Assembly (NCBI GenBank): GCA_964016885.1
Contig: OZ024759.1
Coordinates: 13,206,001 to 13,270,000, forward strand
Direction of reading: 5' to 3'
Source of the DNA: Eledone cirrhosa
Taxonomy: Eukaryota
Length of the DNA: 64,000 nt
How positions within the stretch are numbered: position 1 is the first letter of the stretch; each line of letters begins with the position of its first letter. Below the pieces are notes generated by a model. That model saw only the letters and a program-made list of their open reading frames with translations, ran no database searches and was not told the origin of the DNA. Below are positions 52,975 through 64,000 of the stretch, piece by piece. Both the position numbers and the translations under genes were made by a program.

Positions 52975-55900
52975 GATGGCTAGAGAGCTTTGGATGTAGA
53001 TGACATGGAAGAGGGATAGAGAGCTTTGGATGTGGATGACATGGAAGATGGCTAGAGAGCTTTGGATGTGGATGACATGGAAGATGGATAGAGAGCTTTG
53101 GATGTGGATGACATGGAAGATGGCTAGAGAGCTTTGGATGTGGATGACATGGAAGATGGCTAGAGAGCTTTGGATGTGGATGACATAGAAGATGGCTAGA
53201 GAGCTTTGGATGTGGATGACATGGAAGAGGGATAGAGAGCTTTGGATGTGGATGACATGGGAGATGGCTAGAGAGCTTTGGATGTGGATGACATAGAAGA
53301 TGGCTAGAGAGCTTTGGATGTGGATGACATGGAAGATGGCTAGAGAGCTTTGGATGTGGATGACATAGAAGATGGCTAGAGAGCTTTGGATGTGGATGAC
53401 ATGGAAGATGGCTAGAGAGCTTTGGATGTGGATGACATGGAAGATGGCTAGAGAGCTTTGGATGTGGATGACATAGAAGATGGCTAGAGAGCTTTGGATG
53501 TGGATGACATATAAGATGGCTAGAGAGCTTTGGATGTGGATGACATAGAAGATGGCTAGAGAGCTTTGGATGTGGATGACATGGAAGATGGCTAGAGAGC
53601 TTTGGATGTGGATGACATGGAAGATGGCTAGAGAGCTTTGGATGTGGATGACATGGAAGATGGCTAGAGAGCTTTGGATGTGGATGACATGGAAGATGGC
53701 TAGAGAGCTTTGGATGTGGATGACATAGAAGATGGCTAGAGAGCTTTGGATGTGGATGACATGGAAGAGGGATAGAGAGCTTTGGATGTGGATGACATGG
53801 AAGAGGGATAGAGAGCTTTGCATGTGGATGACATGGAAGATGGCTAGAGAGCTTTGGATGTGGATGACATGGAAGATGGCTAGAGAGCTTTGGATGTGGA
53901 TGACATGGAAGATGGCTAGAGAGCTTTGGATGTGGATGACATGGAAGATGGCTAGAGAGCTTTGGATGTGGATGACATGGAAGATGGATAGAGAGCTTTG
54001 GATGTGGATGACATGGAAGATGGATAGAGAGCTTTGGATGTGGATGACATAGAAGATGGATAGAGAGCTTTGGATGTGGATGACATGGAAGATGGCTAGA
54101 GAGCTTTGGATGTGGATGACATAGAAGATGGCTAGAGAGCTTTGGATGTGGATGACATGGAAGATGGCTAGAGAGCTTTGGATGTGGATGACATGGAAGA
54201 TGGCTAGAGAGCTTTGGATGTGGATGACATAGAAGATGGCTAGAGAGCTTTGGATGTGGATGACATATAAGATGGCTAGAGAGCTTTGGATGTGGATGAC
54301 ATAGAAGATGGCTAGAGAGCTTTGGATGTGGATGACATGGAAGATGGCTAGAGAGCTTTGGATGTGGATGACATGGAAGATGGCTAGAGAGCTTTGGATG
54401 TGGATGACATGGAAGATGGCTAGAGAGCTTTGGATGTGGATGACATGGAAGATGGCTAGAGAGCTTTGGATGTAGATGACATAGAAGATGGCTAGAGAGC
54501 TTTGCATGTGGATGACATGGAAGATGGCTAGAGAGCTTTGGATGTGGATGACATGGAAGAGGGATAGAGAGCTTTGGATGTGGATGACATAGAAGATGGC
54601 TAGAGAGCTTTGGATGTGGATGACATAGAAGATGGCTAGAGAGCTTTGGATGTGGATGACATGGAAGAGGGATAGAGAGCTTTGGATGTGGATGACATGG
54701 AAGAGGGATAGAGAGCTTTGCATGTGGATGACATGGAAGATGGCTAGAGAGCTTTGGATGTAGATGACATGGAAGATGGCTAGAGAGCTTTGGATGTGGA
54801 TGACATGGAAGATGGCTAGAGAGCTTTGGATGTGGATGACATGGAAGATGGCTAGAGAGCTTTGGATGTGGATGACATGGAAGATGGATAGAGAGCTTTG
54901 GATGTGGATGACATGGAAGATGGATAGAGAGCTTTGGATGTGGATGACATAGAAGATGGATAGAGAGCTTTGGATGTGGATGACATGGAAGATGGCTAGA
55001 GAGCTTTGGATGTGGATGACATAGAAGATGGATAGAGAGCTTTGGATGTGGATGACATGGAAGATGGCTAGAGAGCTTTGGATGTGGATGACATGGAAGA
55101 TGGCTAGAGAGCTTTGGATGTGGATGACATGGAAGATGGCTAGAGTGCTTTGGATGTGGATGACATAGAAGATGGATAGAGAGCTTTGGATGTGGATGAC
55201 ATGGAAGATGGCTAGAGAGCTTTGGATGTGGATGACATGGAAGATGGCTAGAGAGCTTTGGATGTGGATGACATGGAAGATGGATAGAGAGCTTTGGATG
55301 TGGATGACATGGAAGATGGCTAGAGAGCTTTGGATGTGGATGACATGGAAGATGGATAGAGAGCTTTGGATGTGGATGACATGGAAGATGGCTAGAGAGC
55401 TTTGGATGTGGATGACATGGAAGATGGCTAGAGAGCTTTGGATGTGGATGACATGGAAGATGGCTAGAGAGCTTTGGATGTGGATGACATGGAAGATGGC
55501 TAGAGAGCTTTGGATGTGGATGACATGGAAGATGGATAGAGAGCTTTGGATGTGGATGACATGGGAGATGACTAAAGAGCTTTGGATGTGGATGACATAG
55601 AAGATGGCTAGAGAGCTTTGGATGTGGATGACATGGAAGATGGCTAGAGAGCTTTGGATGTGGATGACATGGAAGATGGATAGAGAGCTTTGGATGTGGA
55701 TGACATGGAAGATGGCTAGAGAGCTTTGGATGTGGATGACATAGAAGATGACTAGAGAGCTTTGGATGTGGATGACATAGAAGATGACTAGAGAGCTTTG
55801 GATGTGGATGACATGGAAGATGGCTAGAGAGCTTTGGATGTGGATGACATGGAAGATGGCTAGAGAGCTTTGGATGTGGATGACATAGAAGATGGCTAGA

Positions 55901-57134
55901 GAGCTTTGGATGTGGATGACATAGAAGATGGCTAGAGAGCTTTGGATGTGGATGACATGGAAGAGGGATAGAGAGCTTTGGATGTGGATGACATGGAAGA
56001 GGGATAGAGAGCTTTGCATGTGGATGACATGGAAGATGGCTAGAGAGCTTTGGATGTGGATGACATGGAAGATGGCTAGAGAGCTTTGGATGTGGATGAC
56101 ATGGAAGATGGCTAGAGAGCTTTGGATGTGGATGACATGGAAGATGGCTAGAGAGCTTTGGATGTGGATGACATGGAAGATGGATAGAGAGCTTTGGATG
56201 TGGATGACATGGAAGATGGATAGAGAGCTTTGGATGTGGATGACATAGAAGATGGATAGAGAGCTTTGGATGTGGATGACATGGAAGATGGCTAGAGAGC
56301 TTTGGATGTGGATGACATAGAAGATGGATAGAGAGCTTTGGATGTGGATGACATGGAAGATGGCTAGAGAGCTTTGGATGTGGATGACATGGAAGATGGC
56401 TAGAGAGCTTTGGATGTGGATGACATGGAAGATGGCTAGAGTGCTTTGGATGTGGATGACATAGAAGATGGATAGAGAGCTTTGGATGTGGATGACATGG
56501 AAGATGGCTAGAGAGCTTTGGATGTGGATGACATGGAAGATGGCTAGAGAGCTTTGGATGTGGATGACATGGAAGATGGATAGAGAGCTTTGGATGTGGA
56601 TGACATGGAAGATGGCTAGAGAGCTTTGGATGTGGATGACATGGAAGATGGCTAGAGAGCTTTGGATGTGGATGACATGGAAGATGGCTAGAGAGCTTTG
56701 GATGTGGATGACATGGAAGATGGCTAGAGAGCTTTGGATGTGGATGACATGGAAGATGGATAGAGAGCTTTGGATGTGGATGACATGGAAGATGGCTAGA
56801 GAGCTTTGGATGTGGATGACATGGAAGATGGCTAGAGAGCTTTGGATGTGGATGACATGGAAGATGGCTAGAGAGCTTTGGATGTGGATGACATAGAAGA
56901 TGGCTAGAGAGCTTTGGATGTGGATGACATAGAAGATGACTAGAGAGCTTTGGATGTGGATGACATAGAAGATGGCTAGAGAGCTTTGGATGTGGATGAC
57001 ATAGAAGATGGCTAGAGAGCTTTGGATGTGGATGACATAGAAGATGGCTAGAGAGCTTTGGATGTGGATGACATAGAAGATGGCTAGAGAGCTTTGGATG
57101 TGGATGACATGGAAGATGGCTAGAGAGCTTTGGA
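52975..57134. repeat. 36-bp minisatellite, about 115 copies
   Basis: (tagagagctttggatgtggatgacatggaagatggc)n with variant units. Confidence 0.97.
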
Positions 57135-57877
57135 GGGCATTTTTTTAAAGATGGATGTGGGACCTGGCATAGATAGATGGTTATTGACCAGCTTGTACCA
57201 CTAAAGTGACATATCTCAGTTGGTTTCTAATTAAGGCAAATTTCAGGTGAGTGGGGGGAAAGACCCCAGTATTTGACTGGTATTATATTTTATCAACTGT
57301 TGGAAGGATGAGAGGCAAAGTTGACCGTGGTGGGATTTGAACTCAGAAGAGTAAAGAGAGCTGGAACTAATACTGCTAAACATGTTGTCTGATGCTCTAC
57401 CAACTCTCACAACCCACTGCCACTATAATATCGGTAGAGTGTCGGACAACATGCGTTGTGGCATCGAGTTATGGCCCCTTGCGTTCTGAGTTAAAATCCC
57501 ACCGAGGTTAGTTTTGCTTTTCACTCTTACGGGGTCGATAAAATAAAGTACCAGTAATGTACTGGTGTCGATTTAATCGACTTTCCCCTCCCCAGACCTT
57601 GTGCCTAAATCAGAAACCATTATTATGGCAGTGTCGGTGGAGGGTCGGACGTCATGCTTTGACGTACAGAGTTATGGCCCTTTACGTTCTGAGTTCAAAT
57701 CCCGCCGAGGTTAACTTTGCCTTTCATCCTTACGGGGTCGATAAAATGAAGTACCAGTAATACACTGGTATATTGCTGGCCTTGTGCCTAAAGTAGAAAC
57801 AATTATTATGGTAAAAATAACAATTGGAGCAACAATATCTTTTAGTTACTATAACGGCCATTATTTTTGGCCACCTC

Positions 57878-57920
<43 letters not shown>

Positions 57921-60105
57921 GACTCTCTCTATCTCTCTAACTCTCTCTATCTCTCTCTGACTCTCTCTCTGACTCTCTCTCTGACTCTCTCTCTGACTCT
58001 CTCTCTGACTCTCTCTCTATCTCTCTATCTGTCTCTCTCTCTCTCTCTCTGACTCTCTCTCTCTCTATATATATATATCTATCTGTCTTTCTCTCTTTCT
58101 CTCTCTCTCTCTCTCTTCCTCTCTCTCTCTCTCTTCCTCTCTCTCTCTCCCTCTCCCCTCCTCTCTCTCTCTCTCTCTTCCTCTCCCCTCCTCTCTCTCT
58201 CTCTTTCTCTCTCTCTCTTCCTGTTACACTTGAAATATCTATTATATTTCTACAATTCTACCACCACCACTACTAACTACTACACCCCTCATTACCACCA
58301 CCACCACCACCACCACCACCACCACCACCACCACCACCACCACCACCACCACCTCATCAGTGATGCTATTGTTTATTATACAAAAAAGCTGTCATGAACC
58401 CACAATAAATGACGCCATATCTCCTCCCCCCCCCCCCCTTGCTGTCATATTTGTTCCCCCTTTTGTTTCAATGATGCATCATCTGCCCCCCCCCCCCAAC
58501 TGCGGCTTCTGATCCCCACCCCTCAGTTTCTTAATAAAAATACTTTTATTTAAAAAAAAAAAAATTAGAATTTTATTTCTTGCCCTAGCACAGCTGATAC
58601 ATAAATGTAAGTATGTACACGTACACACACACACATATATATATATATACACATATATATATATATATACATACACATATATATATATACATATATATAT
58701 ATATACACATAGATATACATACACACATATACATACACACACACATACATACACACACATAAATATATACATACACACACATATATACATACACACACAT
58801 ATATACATACACACACATATATACATACACACACATATATACATACACACATATATACATACACACACATATATACATACACACATATACATACACACAC
58901 GCATATATATATATACATACACACACATATATACATACACACACACATATATATACATACACACACACATATATATACACACACACACACATATATATAC
59001 ATACACACACATACATATACATACACACACGCATATATATATATACATACACACACGCATATATATATATACATACACACACGCATATATATACATACAC
59101 ACACATATATATACATACACACACACATATTTACACACATACGTACACACATATATATATACATACACACACGCATATATATATATATATACATACACAC
59201 ACATATATACATACACACATATACATACACACATATATATACATATACATACACACACACATATATATACATACACACACACATACATACACACATATAT
59301 ATACATACACACACATACATACACACATATATATACATACACACACATACATACACACATATATATACATACACACACATACATACACACATATATATAC
59401 ATACACACACATACATACACACATATATATACATACACACACACATATATATATATATACATACACACACACATATATATATACATATATATATATACAT
59501 ACACACACACATATATATATATGTACGTATAGGTTATATCAAACATTAATAATTGTTTCTACTTTTGGCACAAGGCCAGCAATTATCCCAGTGCATTACT
59601 GGTACTTTATTTTATCGACCCCGTAAGGATGAAAGGCAAAGTTAACCTCGATAATAATGTTTGATTCGTTTTTAAACAAACGGCGCAATTTGAAGCTGTT
59701 CTGTGACCGAACATCACCTGTTTGTTCAACACTGGCTTTGAGGAACAATCCACATGTTCTGGGTCATTACCTCTCATCAGGACTGTATACCTCTGCTAGT
59801 CTGTTGAATGGTTGAAAATATATAGTATTTTCTTAAGTATACATCGGCTGAGTAGCCTCATTTGCATACCGAGCAAGTTACAGCTGGCCTTGCTGAATAT
59901 CTCCTTATAATATATAACCAGCAATTTCTCTGTCTGTCTGTCTGTCCGACAGTGGAAACACGTGCGCGCGTGCGAATGTTTTTTGCGCACGCGTAGAGAG
60001 AGAGTGAAAGAAAGAGACAGACTACAAGAGGGGGATAGCGGGAGGGAGAGGGGGGAATTGAGGAGTGCTACAGAAACATATATACATTTCTGTGTGTGTG
60101 TAATA

Positions 60106-60990
60106 TCATCATCATCATCATCATCATCAACGTTTAACGTCCGTGTTCCACGCTTGCATGGGTTTGGACGGGGGTAGTCCCACTTGAGGCAAGAGTGATT
60201 GTCTTGCTCGCATAGGACTGTCTGGCAGGTTTTCTACAGTTGGATGCCCTTCCTAACACCAACCACATTTACAGTGTGGGGCTGGGAGGTTTTTACCGTG
60301 TTGCCTACACGGCCACATTACAGCGTGGACTGTGTGTTTTTTTGTCGTGACACCTACACGATCTCATTTGTTTCGGCCTGGATGGCGCGGCACCAACATA
60401 ACTTTACATAGAACGGGGTGGTGTGGATGGGGTGGGGGTGGTGGCGGGACGGGGTGTAGTTTGTTAGAGATGCCTACTGGCAAGGCGGGTCTTCTCTGTT
60501 ACTGAGTACCGCCAAAGGTCACGGTCCAGTGACATTGTCTTGGAGAGGTGTAAGTGTGTGAGGTCGGAGTTTATCAGCTCATCCCATGTTTTTCTAGGTC
60601 TGCCTATTCCGTGGCTACCGTCTATCTTTATTGCCCTGCACTTTGTAATACAACTATCGACTTTCATGCGCATCACGTGTCCATACCAACGCAGCCTTCT
60701 CTCGAGTAAACAACATCTGATCCCTCTTATCTCTAATTTTTTCCTTAGTTCGTTTATGCTTTGCCGTTCACGTATATTACTGTTACACATCCAGCGGAGC
60801 ATGCAAGCTTCGTTCCTCTCTAGTCTGCGTATATCCTCTGCACACAATGCCCAGGTCTCACTACCATGCAACATTGCTGTTCGTATGCAGGCATCGTACA
60901 ACCTGCCTTTCATTTTTAGGGAGAACCCTTTAGCAGCTAATAGTGGTATAAGCTCTCTGAACTTTTTCCAACCAGTTCTGACTCTAGCTA
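60106..60990 (-). mobile_element. 5'-truncated RTE LINE with 3'UTR and (GAT)n tail
   Basis: ARVRTGWKKFRELIPLL...RLYDACIRTAMLHGSETW...RRLRWYGHVMRM...GRPRKTWDE. Confidence 0.9.
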
Positions 60991-60994
60991 CAAT

Positions 60995-62180
60995 ATGTAA
61001 TATATATATATATACACACACAGAAATATATATATATACACACAGAAATATATATACATTTCTGTGTGTGTAATATATATATACACACACAGAAATATAT
61101 ATACATTTCTGTGTGTGTAATATATATATATATATATACACACAGAAATATATATACATTTCTGTGTGTGTAATATATATATACACACAGAAATATATAT
61201 ACATTTCTGTGTGTGTAATATATATATACACACAGAAATATATATACATTTCTGTGTGTGTAATATATATATATACACACAGAAATATATATACATTTCT
61301 GTGTGTGTAATATATATATATATATATACACACAGAAATATATATACATTTCTGTGTGTGTAATATATATATACACACAGAAATATATATACATTTCTGT
61401 GTGTGTAATATATATATATACACACAGAAATATATATACATTTCTGTGTGTGTAATATATATATACACACAGAAATATATATACATTTCTGTGTGTGTAA
61501 TATATATATACACACAGAAATATATATACATTTCTGTGTGTGTAATATATATATATATATATACACACAGAAATATATATACATTTCTGTGTGTGTAATA
61601 TATATATATATATATACACACAGAAATATATATACATTTCTGTGTGTGTAATATATATATACACACAGAAATATATATACATTTCTGTGTGTGTAATATA
61701 TATATACACACAGAAATATATATACATTTCTGTGTGTGTAATATATATATATATATATATACACACAGAAATATATATACATTTCTGTGTGTGTAATATA
61801 TATATACACACAGAAATATATATACATTTCTGTGTGTGTAATATATATATATACACACAGAAATATATATACATTTCTGTGTGTGTAATATATATATACA
61901 CACAGAAATATATATACATTTTTGTGTGTGTAATATATATATACACACAGAAATATATATACATTTCTGTGTGTGTAATATATATATATATATATATACA
62001 CACAGAAATATATATACATTTCTGTGTGTGTAATATATATATACACACAGAAATATATATACATTTCTGTGTGTGTAATATATATATATACACACAGAAA
62101 TATATATACATTTCTGTGTGTGTAATATATATATACACACAGAAATATATATACATTTTTGTGTGTGTAATATATATATA
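60995..62180. repeat. About 42-50-bp minisatellite of palindromic units
   Basis: acacacagaaat-atatatac-atttctgtgtgt separated by variable (TA)n. Confidence 0.95.
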
Positions 62181-62201
62181 TACTAGCAGAAAACCACCCG
62201 G

Positions 62202-63110
62202 TCTATATATATAAAACTAAGGATGTTTGTCTGTGTGTGTGTGAATTCCTAAAACTCGAGAAGCACCAAACCGACTGTTTTCAAACTTTACACATGTAAT
62301 GTTTATGTTTCAGGGAGTGTTCTGAGCAAAAAGAATTTCAAATTTTCAATGCCCTAGGGACCACACTAGGCGATTTAGCGATCTCTCTCTATAATTCTTA
62401 GTCTTTCTCTTTTTAGATAGATATAACGTTGTGCCCTTATTATATCTGTCTGTATGTCTGGCTGTCTGCATTACGTCACTTCCCTGAAGATGTCTGTCTT
62501 GTGTGTGTGTGTCTGTGAGTTTGAATCCCTAAAACTCGAGAAGTACCCAACCGACTTTTTTCAAATTTTACATGTGTATTACTTATGTTTTAGGGAGTGT
62601 TATGCACATAAAAAATTCAACTTTGTGATCTCCTAGGCATTAGGTGAAAAACTGCGTTTTTCTTTCAGCTTTTTAGGGGTTTTTTGAGGCGTTATGTCAG
62701 ACCGATTTCCTTGAAATTGTAACTATGTATTAGTCAGTCTCTTCTTCATACCGTAAGCAAAGAAAATCCAACTTTTTTATGGCCTAGGGCCCGCATTAGG
62801 TGGAAAACTTCATTTTTTTCAGGTTTTTAGGGCTTTTTTGAGGCGTTACGTCTAGCCGACTTTCCTGAAATTTCAAGGCATATTATGCACATAAAAAAAA
62901 TTCTTCTTGATCCCCTAGGGCCCGCATTAGGTGAAAACCTGCATTTTTCCTGTTTCATTGAGGAAAATCTTAAAGAGTATCCAGCCATCAGAGTATTCGG
63001 TTTATTTTCTTTACATATTGTCCAGGCATGCAGTTTTTCCACGATTAGGTCTGTTGGCGGCTCGCGTTCCAAAATACCTTATCCCGTGCAACGCCGGGTA
63101 CCACTGCTAG
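62202..63110 (+). mobile_element. Non-autonomous Helitron
   Basis: 5' TCTATATATATAAAA; 3' hairpin cccgtgcaacgccggg (63083-63098) then CTAG followed by T; internal imperfect repeats. Confidence 0.8.
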
Positions 63111-63646
63111 TTAAAAATAAAATCAGAATTTTATTTCTCGCCCTAGTACAGCTGTTACAAAAATGTAAGTATGCACACATACACGTATATTATATATATA
63201 TACACACACGCCTATATATATATATATATATATATGCACACACATTATATACATTGGGCCGTTTAACAAATGAATCGAACATTTAGAGGGTTGGATGCCA
63301 TGCTTTGCAGCATAGTTACGGTCCTTTATGGTCTGAGTTCAAATCCTGCCAGAGTTAACTTTGCCTTCATCCTTACGGGTGTCGATAAAATAAAGTACCA
63401 GTAATGCACTGGGATAATTGCTGGCCTTGTGCCAAATGTAGAAACAATTATTGATGTTCGATACCCCCCCCCCCCCCAAAAAAAAAAATTGTTGGCCGTG
63501 TGCCTAAATCAGAAAGCAGGCTGGGAAGAGCAGGTAGTTTTCCTCTGTCTGGTAGCTGTAGTGAAAGAGGTGTAGTGGACACGCCGTAAAGGACTGAAGA
63601 CAGACATTTTCCTCTTCGTCCAAGCCCTCATCAACTTTATTTTTAA

Positions 63647-63863
63647 CCCTTAAGCATTTAAACTGGCCATATCCAGCCAGAATTCTCTCACCTCTTTCTG
63701 TTCTAACCAGCCATAACCAGCCATAACCTGCCACTTATATTGACATTAAGGTATTATTCTCAAAATAAATAACAGAATCAAAATTTCACAGATTCCATAT
63801 GTGAGATAATTATGAGATAAAGCCTTTATCATGAAAGTGTAGATTAATGTAAATGCTAAAGGG
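63647..63863. mobile_element. piggyBac-like MITE
   Basis: TTAA-cccttaagcattta ... taaatgctaaaggg-TTAA; related end at 28430-28490. Confidence 0.7.
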
Positions 63864-64000
63864 TTAAGTTCCATTTGGAAAGGAATGTGAGGGTGGAGAT
63901 GTAAGTGCCCCCCTCCCCCCCCCCGCCCCCAGTACATTTGTGAAAAGGTGGGTGACTGTTGCGAGGGTGGCCCGTGTGAATGGGCCCACTCTGACTGTGC

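Noticed and set aside
52903-56019. 1038-aa ORF of repeated IQSSLAIFHVIH
   Set aside because: 36-bp minisatellite whose unit lacks a stop in one frame; no unique domain, and the start codon is an internal repeat variant
60464-62140. 558-aa ORF
   Set aside because: Minisatellite fused by chance to an RTE C-terminal fragment

Overview
AT-rich, repeat-saturated animal genomic DNA. The SINE families and microsatellite load suggest a cephalopod such as Octopus (inference only). Almost all long ORFs in the track are microsatellite or minisatellite artefacts. Real coding content is transposon-derived: a 5'-truncated but open CR1-type LINE ORF2 (42019-44793, minus), CR1 and RTE 3' fragments, a decayed CRE-like RT/RLE element and the C-terminus of a Penelope-like GIY-YIG protein. 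Two to three weak host exon candidates are also present, plus many tRNA-derived SINEs, MITEs, a Helitron and several minisatellites. The main hidden signal is that most short 'unique' islands between (TA)n tracts are remnants of many different Penelope-like element (PLE) pseudo-LTR families. About 25 of them carry type I hammerhead ribozyme motifs (CUGANGA-stem II-GAAA-stem III-NUH), often as fold-back inverted pairs. Many share a downstream layout of AATAAA, then GAGTRCT, then (TA)n. All structures were read by eye; no folding or database search was run.
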